From positions 16,602-80,601 of the forward strand of contig JAFALY010000033.1 of NCBI GenBank assembly GCA_019233975.1: a stretch of 64,000 nucleotides of DNA. The letters run 5' to 3'. The position numbers and the translations under genes are program-made. Below, piece after piece: positions 47,989 to 57,574 of the stretch (its first letter is position 1; each line of letters opens with the position of its first letter). This DNA comes from Alphaproteobacteria bacterium (GTDB lineage Bacteria; Pseudomonadota; Alphaproteobacteria; UBA9219). Below the pieces are notes generated by a model. That model did no database searches and was not told the DNA's origin. It saw only the letters and a list, made by a program, of their open reading frames with translations.

Positions 47989-49398
47989 CTAACCACCCAC
48001 CAAAAGCGTCACGGTGTTATCACCGCGACGGATAGTCACGCGCCAGCTCTGGCCAGCCGCCGGTGGTGTTTTCAGAACCTTAACAACATCTTCAACCAAT
48101 GGCGTCTTGACGTTATTAACCGCCAGAATGACATCACCAACTTGAACACCGATATTGGCTGCAATGCCGTTCTGCTTCATTTCCACCACAACAACGCCAT
48201 TGTCAGCGGCATGCAAACCACGCGCCTCCACGACCGCAGGAGAAAGATTTTCAATTGTAACGCCTTCCAAAGGATTGCGCCCTGAAACATGCGTCGTATT
48301 TCTGGGTGGAACCTCAGGCGGCGCAATCAACGGCACAGCAACTGTTACCTTCTGCCCTTTGCGTAACAGGCCGAATTCGGTTGTCTGCCCCACCGATAGC
48401 GTTGCCAAGCGATAATGCAGAGCTTCGGGATCTTCAACCTCACGCCCGCCAACGGATTGAATAACATCCCCCACCTGCACACCCGACTTTACCGCAGGAC
48501 TTTCAGGCAGTAATTTATTCACCAGCACGCCGGAAGGTTGCATCATGCCAAGCGTGGCCGCCAGATCTTGCGTCACGGCCTGCCCATCCACCCCGATCCA
48601 TGGCCGGATGATGGTTTTCTTCCCGCCTTCAACCGCATTCAGGACAACGCGCACCACATTCGACGGCACGGCAAAACCGATGCCCATATTGCCGCCGTCC
48701 CGCGAATAGATCGCCGTGTTGATGCCAACCAAGTGTCCGTCCATGGTCACCAACGCACCACCTGAGTTGCCGGGATTAATGGCTGCATCCGTTTGAATAA
48801 AATAATCAAGGTCACTCGACCCCACAGCGCCATGCGTCATGGCCGAGATAATACCGCTCGTCACCGTCTGACCGACACCGAATGGATTACCGATGGCCAG
48901 CACAAGATCGCCCACTTCGGCATCATCCGAGTCACGTAATTGCAGGAAGGGCAGTTTTTCGCCTTTGGCGTCAATCCGTAGAACAGCCAGGTCCGCATGC
49001 TCATCCGCGAGCACGACGGAGGCGTCATATTCACGGCGATCCGACAAGACAACGCGTATTTGCTCAGCGCCACGTATGACGTGGTTACTGGTAACAATCA
49101 GGCCATCCGCCCGCACCAGAACGCCGGAACCAAGAGAGCTCTCCAGCCTTTGCCGCGTCATACCGGGCGGCGTGGCCCCTTCAAAGAATTGGCGAAAAAA
49201 AGGATCTGCAAACAGGGGCGATACGCGTTGTTCGACCACGCGCTGGGTATAGATATTCACGACCGCAGGTGTCACCTGCTTCACAAGCGGAGCGAAACTC
49301 AGCGTAATCTGGTTCCGCGAGGCAGGAACAGCCTCAGCCGCCCACAATGACGCAGGTAGCAATAACAACAGGCAGGCAATGATGATAAAGCGCTTCAT
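47989..49398 (-). CDS. Do/DegP/HtrA-family periplasmic serine protease with two PDZ domains
   Basis: GGAGGGTGG Shine-Dalgarno before the ATG at 49398. Signal peptide 'MKRFIIIACLLLLLPASLWA'. 'TDAAINPGNSGGALV' (catalytic Ser). Confidence 0.9.
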   Translation of the reverse strand: MKRFIIIACLLLLLPASLWAAEAVPASRNQITLSFAPLVKQVTPAVVNIYTQRVVEQRVSPLFADPFFRQFFEGATPPGMTRQRLESSLGSGVLVRADGLIVTSNHVIRGAEQIRVVLSDRREYDASVVLADEHADLAVLRIDAKGEKLPFLQLRDSDDAEVGDLVLAIGNPFGVGQTVTSGIISAMTHGAVGSSDLDYFIQTDAAINPGNSGGALVTMDGHLVGINTAIYSRDGGNMGIGFAVPSNVVRVVLNAVEGGKKTIIRPWIGVDGQAVTQDLAATLGMMQPSGVLVNKLLPESPAVKSGVQVGDVIQSVGGREVEDPEALHYRLATLSVGQTTEFGLLRKGQKVTVAVPLIAPPEVPPRNTTHVSGRNPLEGVTIENLSPAVVEARGLHAADNGVVVVEMKQNGIAANIGVQVGDVILAVNNVKTPLVEDVVKVLKTPPAAGQSWRVTIRRGDNTVTLLVGG

Positions 49399-49428
49399 CC
49401 ACCCTCCGTAAAACCCGTAAGATAACAC

Positions 49429-49728
49429 TTACCTTGTTTTACAATCTGGCAGACATTTTTGTAAAGCCGTACGGCATTCGCCGCTGGCGCCGAAAATACC
49501 GCTGGTTGAGCCGCTGACAGGCCCGTTCTGCGCTGGTTCTGTTTCCATACAACGCGCGTAATCGTCATTACAGGCGCGCATGCATTGCTCGCGGTCATTT
49601 TCAACGACCGCAACACGTCCGTCTTTGTCGATATAGGTGACAGGTTGAGGTTTGCCAGATACGCACCCGGCTAGTGCGCCGCATCCCAGCATCCCCACGA
49701 CAGTGATCATGAGGATGTGGTTGCGCAT
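49429..49728 (-). CDS. Small Cys-rich lipoprotein, unknown function
   Basis: 'MITVVGMLGCGALAGCVSG' lipobox and six further Cys in about 75 mature residues. The start is 3 nt after the rplQ stop. Confidence 0.6.
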   Translation of the reverse strand: MRNHILMITVVGMLGCGALAGCVSGKPQPVTYIDKDGRVAVVENDREQCMRACNDDYARCMETEPAQNGPVSGSTSGIFGASGECRTALQKCLPDCKTR

Positions 49729-49731
49729 ATC

Positions 49732-50160
49732 TTAGCCCTCGGCGCTTGCTTCAGCCGACTTGACAGGCTGACGTTCGCGATCCTTGCGGCCGCGGGCGTC
49801 GGCGTCACGGTCCATCAGCTCGATCATCGCCATCGGAGCGGCGTCGCCGTAGCGGAAACCAGCCTTGAAAACGCGGGTGTAACCACCGGCACGCTTTTCA
49901 TAGCGCTTGGCCAAGCCATCAAACAGCTTGCGAACCGCAGTTTCATCACGCAGTTCAGCCATGGCGGCGCGACGGTTGGCCAAGCCACCCTTCTTACCCA
50001 ACGTAATAAGACGTTCGACAACCGGGCGCAATTCCTTCGCCTTCGGCAGGGTTGTTTTGATCTGTTCGTTTTCGATCAGGGCCACGCACATATTCGCGAA
50101 CATCGCACGGCGATGACTGGCGGTGACGCCCAACTTACGATTTCCATTACCATGACGCAT
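49732..50160 (-). CDS. rplQ: 50S ribosomal protein L17
   Basis: '[46 protein letters not shown]'. Confidence 0.97.
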   Translation of the reverse strand: MRHGNGNRKLGVTASHRRAMFANMCVALIENEQIKTTLPKAKELRPVVERLITLGKKGGLANRRAAMAELRDETAVRKLFDGLAKRYEKRAGGYTRVFKAGFRYGDAAPMAMIELMDRDADARGRKDRERQPVKSAEASAEG

Positions 50161-50304
50161 GGTTCACTCCTCTTGGGCTTGGCCCGTCTCTTGGCTCTGT
50201 GATGCTACCCACCCTGGGTGCTCTTGCAGAAACCGGTTGTTTAATCCGCCGACCTGAGGATGTCCTACAGCAACGGCGGGCCTGCACTTTCATAACTTAT
50301 AAGC

Positions 50305-51318
50305 TCAAAACGGCTCTTCCAGACGCTTGGCCAAATCTTCAATGTTTTCCGGCGGCCAGTTCGGGATTTGCATGCCAAGGGCCAGACCCATTTGAGTCAG
50401 GACTTCCTTGATTTCGTTCAAGCTCTTGCGGCCAAAGTTCGGCGTGCGCAGCATTTCGCCTTCGGTCTTTTGAACCAGATCGCCGATGTAAACGATGTTG
50501 TCGTTCTTCAGGCAGTTGGCCGAACGAACCGACAATTCCAGTTCATCAACCTTACGCAGCAGATTGCGGTTGAACGGCAATTCGCTGGCCTGTTCTTGAG
50601 CCGCGGCAACGCGCGGTTCTTCGAAGTTGATGAACAGTTGGAACTGATCCTGCAGGATGCGCGCGGCAATGGCGATTGCGTCTTCCGGCGATACGGAGCC
50701 GTCGGTTTCAACCGTCAGCGACAGCTTGTCATAGTCGGTGACCTGACCCACGCGGCTGTTTTCAACCTTGTAGGCAACCTTGTTCACCGGACTGAACAGC
50801 GCGTCGATCGGCAGCAGACCGATGGGCGTATCTTCCTTACGCAGCGCGGCGGCGGGAATGTAACCACGGCCGGTTTCAACGGTCATTTCCATCGACAATT
50901 GCGCGCCGTTATCCAACGTGCAGATGATCAGGTCAGGGTTCATAACTTCGACGTCGGAACCGCATTCAATCTGACCAGCGGTAACGGTACCGGGCCCCGT
51001 TGCGCGCAACCGAACCTTCTTCGGGCCTTCGTTGTGCATACGGAGCGCGAGGCCCTTGATGTTCAGGATGATGTCCGTGACGTCTTCGCGCACACCCGGG
51101 ATCGATGAGAATTCATGCAGAACACCTTCGACCTGGATCGATGTAACAGCGGCCCCCTGCAGGGATGACAGCAACACGCGACGTAGCGCGTTGCCGAGTG
51201 TCATGCCGAAGCCGCGTTCCAGCGGTTCAGCGACCATGGTCGCCACATTGCGATTATTTTCGGAAACATGGGTTTGCTTGGTCGGCTGAATGAGCGACTT
51301 CCAGTTTTTTTGCAACAC
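50305..51318 (-). CDS. rpoA: DNA-directed RNA polymerase alpha subunit
   Basis: '[28 protein letters not shown]' and C-terminal domain '[23 protein letters not shown]'. GTG start with GAGAGG Shine-Dalgarno. Confidence 0.97.
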   Translation of the reverse strand: MLQKNWKSLIQPTKQTHVSENNRNVATMVAEPLERGFGMTLGNALRRVLLSSLQGAAVTSIQVEGVLHEFSSIPGVREDVTDIILNIKGLALRMHNEGPKKVRLRATGPGTVTAGQIECGSDVEVMNPDLIICTLDNGAQLSMEMTVETGRGYIPAAALRKEDTPIGLLPIDALFSPVNKVAYKVENSRVGQVTDYDKLSLTVETDGSVSPEDAIAIAARILQDQFQLFINFEEPRVAAAQEQASELPFNRNLLRKVDELELSVRSANCLKNDNIVYIGDLVQKTEGEMLRTPNFGRKSLNEIKEVLTQMGLALGMQIPNWPPENIEDLAKRLEEPF

Positions 51319-51367
51319 GGTTTGACCTCTCTGGTTCGAAAACTAATTCTGTGTGGTTGCCTGACGA

Positions 51368-51790
51368 TTAAACGCGGCGGCGCTTCGGCGGACGGCAGCC
51401 ATTGTGCGGGATCGGCGTCACATCACGGATCGACGTGATGGAGAAACCAACAGCCTGCAAAGCGCGCAAGGCTGATTCACGGCCAGCACCCGGCCCCTTG
51501 ACTTCTACTTCCAACGAACGAACACCATGTTCCAGCGCCTTGCGGCCCGCATCTTCGGCGGCCATCTGCGCGGCGTACGGGGTCGACTTACGCGAACCCT
51601 TGAAACCCATCAGACCGGCGGATGACCACACGATGGTGTTGCCCTGCGCATCGGCGATGGTGATGATCGTGTTGTTGAAGCTGGCATTCACATGCGCGAT
51701 GCCGTTCACGATATTCTTGCGTTCGCGACGACGACGGACGGTCGAGCCGGACTTAGATTCAGTTTTGTCTTTTTTAGCAGCGGTAGCCAT
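51368..51790 (-). CDS. rpsK: 30S ribosomal protein S11
   Basis: '[30 protein letters not shown]...[18 protein letters not shown]'. Confidence 0.97.
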   Translation of the reverse strand: MATAAKKDKTESKSGSTVRRRRERKNIVNGIAHVNASFNNTIITIADAQGNTIVWSSAGLMGFKGSRKSTPYAAQMAAEDAGRKALEHGVRSLEVEVKGPGAGRESALRALQAVGFSITSIRDVTPIPHNGCRPPKRRRV

Positions 51791-51809
51791 TGTTCATTAT
51801 TCCGTTCAA

Positions 51810-52190
51810 TTATTTCTTGGTCGCAATCTTCTTGCCGGCAATCGGCTTCGCCTTACCCTTACGCGTGCGCGCATTGGTGTGCGTACGCTGACCGCGCACG
51901 GGCAGACCCTTGCGGTGACGCAGACCGCGGTAGCAGCCCAGGTCCATCAGACGCTTGATGTTCATCGCAACTTCGCGACGCAGGTCACCTTCGACCTTAT
52001 AGTGCTTGTCGATGTCTTCGCGGATGCGCAGGATTTCAGCTTCGGAAAGCTGGTTGACGCGCTTGGCCGGATCAATACCGACGCGTGCGCAAATTTCCAG
52101 GGCGTTGGTCGGGCCAATGCCGTAGATGTAGCGCAAAGCGATGTGAAGAGGTTTTCCTGTCGGAATATTGACGCCAGCTATACGAGCCAC
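51810..52190 (-). CDS. rpsM: 30S ribosomal protein S13
   Basis: '[26 protein letters not shown]'. GTG start with GGAG Shine-Dalgarno. Confidence 0.97.
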   Translation of the reverse strand: MARIAGVNIPTGKPLHIALRYIYGIGPTNALEICARVGIDPAKRVNQLSEAEILRIREDIDKHYKVEGDLRREVAMNIKRLMDLGCYRGLRHRKGLPVRGQRTHTNARTRKGKAKPIAGKKIATKK

Positions 52191-52324
52191 TTTAGTTATC
52201 TCCGTTGTTCAACCCGTCGCCAAAAAACAAAACCACCGTGTGGGCGTCCCTATGACGCACCAGCAACCCTGTTACAGAGGCGCAAAAATGGGTACAGTCC
52301 CGACATTCGGGACCGAGGAGCGGG

Positions 52325-52352
52325 ATTATAGTGATTAAGACTCGCGAGTCAA
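52325..52352 (-). promoter_or_regulatory. Near-consensus sigma70-type promoter upstream of rpsM
   Basis: The minus strand reads TTGACT (52352-52347), a 16-nt spacer, then TATAAT (52330-52325). This is about 135 nt upstream of the rpsM start and about 73 nt downstream of the kinase stop. Confidence 0.55.
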
Positions 52353-52424
52353 GCACTAGAAAGCAATGCAAAATAAGGTATTTTCACATTACTTTACAGC
52401 ATCTTAGGCCGCTCTAGACCCGCT

Positions 52425-54176
52425 CTATTCTGCGCGCTTGGCGGCAGGACCTGCTTCTGAAACAGACATTTTATAGGGCAGAATTATTGTAAAATTGGTG
52501 CCTTTATAAATCTCTGAGGCAACACTGATTTGCCCGCCTAACAATGACACTTCACGCTGCACAGCTTCCAAGCCAACGCCACGGCCGGAAATATCCGTCA
52601 CATTGTCGCGTGTAGAAAATCCCCACGAGAAAATGCGCTGCAAGACCGTCACGTCATCCTCATTATGCCATGTGCCATGAGGATCTTTTTCTCCTAGCTT
52701 CGCCCGAATGCGCGCGGGATCAATACCGTTGCCGTCATCGCTGACAACAATTTTCAATTGCTCTCCGCCCGAAGCCGTTTGAAGCACCTCAGTGGAAATG
52801 GTCACCAGCCCTAACGGCTCCTTGCCGCGCGCCATGCGGGTGATGGGCGCCTCGATCCCGTGGTCGATAATGTTTCTGCACAAATGCGTAAAGGTAAAGA
52901 ACATGTTGCGCAGCGTCTCCATCAACACTGGCGGATTATCGCCGGTGAATTTGATGGGCTTCATCTGCTTGCCCATGATGGTCGCCAGATCTTGCAGCTC
53001 ACGCTCAAACACACGGAAACAATCACGAATGGGAACAGCGGCGATGACGCGCAGATATTCCTGCACAACATCGTTCGGTGCCCTCATTTCCTGCAAGCGC
53101 ACAGCAAAAGCATAGATGGCGCTATCCGCAATTTCACGCATGTCACCGCGACGTTCATAGTCATGGCCGACGATTTCATTGACCTGATCAATGACCGCCT
53201 TCAGCTGGCTCTGGATTTGCAGGCGCCCCTGCTCCAGCACCATCACAAACTGAACATCGCTTTCAATCTGCGTGCTGCGCAGATCAGATTCCAGCTTATG
53301 AATCGTGGTCGAAAGATCCAGCAGATAATAATGCTTCACAGCCGCCTTCAAGGTGTGCAGCAAGCGCAAAATCGGGGCGCCCTCATCACGCTTGGTGACC
53401 TGTTCTGCATCTGTCAAAAACGTACGTATATGCGTGATTGTCGCGAGAAATTGATTACGCTCACGGAAAATGCGCGTGATCATGGCCGCATAGTTTTGTT
53501 GCTGCAGCGTCCTTTGTTGTGCCTCATGCTCTTCTGTCTGATCGGTCGCGATCACTTCAATGTACGTGAGCGCACCCTCACTATTTCGTATCGCACTATA
53601 ATCCAAAGCAACTATACGGCCACCCGTATGCGGGTAGCGCTGCGGCAGAAACTTCACGACATCGTCGAAGCCGAGCGCATGGTTTGGCATAAACAGAATA
53701 TCAAGCCAGTCCTTGAAATCGCCCAGCTCTTCGGCAGGCACCCTTAGAACATCGCTTATTACTTTGCCGGACGGCGCGCATTCCAACAACTCGACACAGG
53801 CGCGCGAGAACACATCGCCACACACACCGTTTTTGTCGAACGAGAAGAAGCCCTGCTTTAGGCTATCAACCAGAACGCGCGTCAATTGCGCGTGGTTTTC
53901 AACCTCACCATGCATACGGAGGTTGAAATAATACATGCCAGCGATACCGGCAGCGGCCGCAATAACAATGACCAAATAGGCCAGCACATTTGTCATGGGG
54001 TGCAGGCCAAACACCGGCAGACCCAAACCGATCAGCAAGCAAATCGTGATCAGCATCATCCCGGCCAAAGAGGTATGAAGCGCATACAAATCGCTTTTAC
54101 CCATAGCGGAAGCTGCGGGGTTAACCTCAGCCTGCTCCTGCGGGGCGGTATCTGGCGTAGACTGTGACATGACCAT
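52425..54176 (-). CDS. Membrane-anchored CheA-family histidine kinase (2 TM + PAS-like + HPt + dimerisation/ATPase core, no CheW-like domain)
   Basis: TMs 'LAGMMLITICLLIGLGLPVFGL' and 'VLAYLVIVIAAAAGIAGMYYF'. HPt 'LLHTLKAAVKHYYLLDL'. CheA-type P4 'VPIRDCFRVFERELQDLATIMGKQ', 'THLCRNIIDHGIE', 'VSDDGNGID', 'GFSTRDNVTDISGRGVGLEAV'. The protein ends about 35 aa later. Start at 54176 or 54170. Confidence 0.8.
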   Translation of the reverse strand: MVMSQSTPDTAPQEQAEVNPAASAMGKSDLYALHTSLAGMMLITICLLIGLGLPVFGLHPMTNVLAYLVIVIAAAAGIAGMYYFNLRMHGEVENHAQLTRVLVDSLKQGFFSFDKNGVCGDVFSRACVELLECAPSGKVISDVLRVPAEELGDFKDWLDILFMPNHALGFDDVVKFLPQRYPHTGGRIVALDYSAIRNSEGALTYIEVIATDQTEEHEAQQRTLQQQNYAAMITRIFRERNQFLATITHIRTFLTDAEQVTKRDEGAPILRLLHTLKAAVKHYYLLDLSTTIHKLESDLRSTQIESDVQFVMVLEQGRLQIQSQLKAVIDQVNEIVGHDYERRGDMREIADSAIYAFAVRLQEMRAPNDVVQEYLRVIAAVPIRDCFRVFERELQDLATIMGKQMKPIKFTGDNPPVLMETLRNMFFTFTHLCRNIIDHGIEAPITRMARGKEPLGLVTISTEVLQTASGGEQLKIVVSDDGNGIDPARIRAKLGEKDPHGTWHNEDDVTVLQRIFSWGFSTRDNVTDISGRGVGLEAVQREVSLLGGQISVASEIYKGTNFTIILPYKMSVSEAGPAAKRAE

Positions 54177-54186
54177 CCGGGGCGGC

Positions 54187-54687
54187 CTAGCTCCGCAACG
54201 CGTCGTGCAGGGCCACATAAATCTGAAACAGCTGGCCGTTAATGTGGAACGGCACGATCATATATTTGCCGCGATGAAATTGACTGACGAAATGCCCTTT
54301 GCCGGTCACAACGCTGGGAATGCCCAGCTTGATCTGATACCCACGCGCGCCCATATCGCGCTTCACCTGGCCGAAAACCATGTTGGTCATTTCACCAACA
54401 GCGTCAACCGCCATTTCATGCGTGATGGTAACAGCTTTGCCGACGACCTGCGGCAGAAGGCTGCGCACCGTTTCATAGCCCATGCACATGGTCATGGTGC
54501 CTTCCAGTTGCGACTGAACGATTGCAATCACGCCAGACACGTCACCGACCAACGATACCATGCCGTCGCCGATTTCATAAGGTCCCGGCACCACGTCGAC
54601 CATAAAGGTTTCGTGCATCACCTTACATACGGCCTGCGAAATTTCGCGCGCCAGCGTTTCATTAAGTGCGAATGGCTGTCCTGACAT
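54187..54687 (-). CDS. CheX-like CheY-P phosphatase
   Basis: 166 aa. 'VSLVGDVSGVIAIV' and the catalytic-type E-x-x-N segment 'AVGEMTNMVFGQVK' typical of the CheX/CheC/FliY class. Confidence 0.7.
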   Translation of the reverse strand: MSGQPFALNETLAREISQAVCKVMHETFMVDVVPGPYEIGDGMVSLVGDVSGVIAIVQSQLEGTMTMCMGYETVRSLLPQVVGKAVTITHEMAVDAVGEMTNMVFGQVKRDMGARGYQIKLGIPSVVTGKGHFVSQFHRGKYMIVPFHINGQLFQIYVALHDALRS

Positions 54688-54730
54688 GCTACTAACCCGT
54701 GGCGCTATGGTTGTTATGTGTGGCTATGGA

Positions 54731-55168
54731 TCAACGCATCGCCTGCGCCGCTTGCTTCTTGCGCTTGATCCATTCGTAAATTTCACCCAGCTTCTTGCTG
54801 AGGTCCGGCGGAGAAACCGGCTTGATGATGTATGAAGTGGCTCCTGCCTTGATGGCCTTCATAATATTCTGCTGTTCCGACTCGGCGGTCAGCATCACAA
54901 AGGCGGTCGCCGCATATTCAGGCTTGGCGCGGAAGAAACTGAGCACTTCCAAACCGGAAATCGTCGGCATGTTCCAGTCCAGAAAGACAACGTCATAGGG
55001 TTGGTTGACTTCGTGCGCCTTTTGCACCAGGTCAATCGCCTCGTTGCCGTCCGCTGCCGTTTGCACATTCAAAATTTTGGCATCCTGGAGCGTATTGCGT
55101 ACAAATTGGCGGATCAGAAAATGATCGTCTGCCACCAGGACTTTCAGGTCTGACATCTGAGCTGTCAC
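54731..55168 (-). CDS. CheY-like single-domain response regulator
   Basis: 'LKVLVADDHFLIR', 'VVFLDWNMPTISG', 'AFVMLTAESEQQNIMKAIKAGATSYIIKP' closely track CheY. GTG 55168 has GGGGAG 8 nt upstream; ATG 55156 is the alternative start. Confidence 0.85.
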   Translation of the reverse strand: MTAQMSDLKVLVADDHFLIRQFVRNTLQDAKILNVQTAADGNEAIDLVQKAHEVNQPYDVVFLDWNMPTISGLEVLSFFRAKPEYAATAFVMLTAESEQQNIMKAIKAGATSYIIKPVSPPDLSKKLGEIYEWIKRKKQAAQAMR

Positions 55169-55371
55169 GGTATCTTCTCCCCGAATGGAAAGGCTGCGAA
55201 AGGCTTGATGATTCAAACCCGTGGGCTGGAGCGAATGCGAAACTGACTTCGTGATACTGCACAAAAAAGATTGCCGCATGGTTAAACAGTTACCACGAAC
55301 TGCTTAGCCAATAGGTTAGGCGAATATTAACCTTGTTTTTTATTAAGTTCCAGACCGTTTATTCTGGCTGA

Positions 55372-56022
55372 TTAGGCTGATTTTACAAGGCGCAGCAGTT
55401 CCGCCTGTACCTGGTTGATTTCGGCCATGCCGTCTATTGCCTGCAACATCCCCTTCTTTTCGTAATAGGGGAGAATCGGTGCGGTCTGCTCCTGAAACGC
55501 CTTCAGGCGTGTTTTCATGGTTTCCGCATTGTCATCTGGGCGGCGCACAAAATCCGTGCTGCCACATGCGTCGCAAACCCCGGCGACCTTGGTTGGCTTG
55601 AATTTATCGTGATACCCTGCCCCGCATTTGGCACAGGTAAAGCGGCCGGAAACACGTTCAATTAACGCCTCATCGTTCACTTTAAGATGAATAACGGCGT
55701 TCAACCCCTTGTTAAGACGGGTCAACATGTCATCCAAGGCTTCAGCCTGCGGTATAGTGCGGGGGAAACCGTCGAGAATGAATCCCTTGGCACAGTCTGG
55801 CTGAACAATCCGGTTTTCGATCAGGTTGACCATCAAATGGTCAGGGACCAATTGCCCGGAATCAATAATAGCCTTCGCCTTTAGGCCAATCGGGTCACCA
55901 TTCTTGATGGCCGCACGCAACATGTCACCGGTTGATATCTGCACCATGCCCAGCTTTTCTTCGAGCATACGCGCTTGTGTTCCCTTACCGGCTCCCGGCG
56001 GCCCGAGCAGAATGATATTCAT
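55372..56022 (-). CDS. adk: Adenylate kinase (long form with Cys4 lid)
   Basis: '[17 protein letters not shown]', '[10 protein letters not shown]', lid 'CAKCGAGYH...CDACGS'. Confidence 0.97.
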   Translation of the reverse strand: MNIILLGPPGAGKGTQARMLEEKLGMVQISTGDMLRAAIKNGDPIGLKAKAIIDSGQLVPDHLMVNLIENRIVQPDCAKGFILDGFPRTIPQAEALDDMLTRLNKGLNAVIHLKVNDEALIERVSGRFTCAKCGAGYHDKFKPTKVAGVCDACGSTDFVRRPDDNAETMKTRLKAFQEQTAPILPYYEKKGMLQAIDGMAEINQVQAELLRLVKSA

Positions 56023-56082
56023 TGGGTCTCCCTTAAGGCTGATAACAACACAATAACCGGACGTAATTGACGAAACGCTAAC

Positions 56083-57417
56083 TTACTTGGTACGCAGCTT
56101 CGCTTTTTTGATCAGGCCTTCATATTGATGTGCAATCAGGTGCGACTGAACACGCGAGATGGTGTCAATCGTCACACTGACAACGATCAGCAACGACGTG
56201 CCGCCCAGATAGAACGGGATGGCGCCCTTGCTCATCAAAAATTCCGGCAGCAAGCAGACAACGGCCAGATAGGCCGAGCCGAGCACGGTCAGGCGCGTCA
56301 GCACATAATCGAAATAATCCGATGTACTTTTGCCGGGACGAATGCCGGGGATGAATCCGCCATGCTTCTTCAAATTATCGGCGGTTTCTTCCGGGTTAAA
56401 CACAACCGCTGTGTAGAAGAACGCAAAAAAGATAATCAGGGCCGCATAAAGCACCATAAACAGAGGCTTGCCATGGCCCAACTCGGCAATCAGGTCAGAT
56501 ACCCATCCGCCTTTTTGCTGTACGTCTGTAAAGCTGGCCAATGTCAGCGGGAACAGCAGCAACGAGCTGGCGAAAATCGGCGGGATAACGCCCGAGGTGT
56601 TGATTTTCAGCGGCATGTGCGATGCTTCACCGCCATACATGCGATTACCCACTTGACGCTTTGGATACTGCACCAGAATACGACGCTGCGCACGTTCACA
56701 GAAGACGCAGAGCGCCAAAACACCAAACACCAGAACGAGGATCAGCAGAATAAACCAGGTCGACAAAGCGCCCGTGCGACCGAGTTCAAGAGTCTGCGCC
56801 ATGGCGTTCGGCAGATTGGCAACGATGCCCGAGTAAATAATCAACGATGTGCCATTGCCAATACCGCGCGCGGTGATTTGTTCACCCAGCCACATCAGGA
56901 ACAACGTGCCGCCCGTCAATGTGGCAACCGTGCTGATGCGGAAGAAAAAGCCCGGCGCCACAACCGCGCCGCCGCCCATCATGTTTTCAAGACCGACAGC
57001 CAACGCGTAAGATTGCACAACCGCAAACGCAACGGTCAGATAACGTGAATATTGGTTCAGCTTGGCACGACCGGTATCGCCTTCCTTCTTCAGCGCTTCG
57101 AACTGCGGCAAAATCGCCGACAGCAATTGCACGATGATGGAGGCAGTAATGTACGGCATAACGCTGAGCGCAAACAGGGTCATACGCTTCAAGGCGCCGC
57201 CCGAGAACATGTCGAACATGCCCAGAATACCGCCGCCATGCTGTTTGAAAATCTGGCCGAGCGCGACAGGATCAACCCCCGGCAGCGGAATGTAGGTACC
57301 AATGCGATAGACGATAAGCGCAAGGAAGGTGAACCAGATGCGGCTTTTCAGCTCGGTTGCCTTGGCGAAGGCTGACATTGAGAGGCCAGAGGCAAGCGCG
57401 TCGTTTGTAGATGCCAT
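56083..57417 (-). CDS. secY: Preprotein translocase subunit SecY
   Basis: 'ELKSRIWFTFLALIVYRIGTYIPLPGV', 10-TM layout, 444 aa. Confidence 0.97.
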   Translation of the reverse strand: MASTNDALASGLSMSAFAKATELKSRIWFTFLALIVYRIGTYIPLPGVDPVALGQIFKQHGGGILGMFDMFSGGALKRMTLFALSVMPYITASIIVQLLSAILPQFEALKKEGDTGRAKLNQYSRYLTVAFAVVQSYALAVGLENMMGGGAVVAPGFFFRISTVATLTGGTLFLMWLGEQITARGIGNGTSLIIYSGIVANLPNAMAQTLELGRTGALSTWFILLILVLVFGVLALCVFCERAQRRILVQYPKRQVGNRMYGGEASHMPLKINTSGVIPPIFASSLLLFPLTLASFTDVQQKGGWVSDLIAELGHGKPLFMVLYAALIIFFAFFYTAVVFNPEETADNLKKHGGFIPGIRPGKSTSDYFDYVLTRLTVLGSAYLAVVCLLPEFLMSKGAIPFYLGGTSLLIVVSVTIDTISRVQSHLIAHQYEGLIKKAKLRTK

Positions 57418-57574
57418 TTCAGAGAACCGTTAAGGAAAAGTAGACAGACCTAAAGGATATAGGGCCTGCCGCTGATCAAAACAAGCAATAGATGTCTAAA
57501 ATTAATTGATATCTATAGTTTTTTGCACAGCAACAAAATGCATGCTGGGCCTTCGCGTCTAACAACCCATAGCA

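Noticed and set aside
55169-55371. Searched the region upstream of the CheY-like gene for sigma28 (TAAA-N15-GCCGATAA) or sigma54 (GG-N10-GC) promoters that would tie the module to flagellar regulation.
   Set aside because: There is no convincing match. The only candidate is a weak sigma70-like TGGAAC-N17-TAATAT, which is too degenerate to report as a feature.
56125-57048. Long ORFs antisense to conserved genes: 56125..57048 opposite secY, 51402..52331 opposite rpsK/rpsM, 52860..53747 opposite the CheA-like gene, 50368..51108 opposite rpoA, 39414..40259 opposite the kinase, 63108..63872 opposite rpsC.
   Set aside because: Each lies entirely opposite a gene with unmistakable conserved protein sequence. 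Their translations are Arg/His/Gln-rich and lack motifs. This is typical of open antisense frames in DNA of this GC content.
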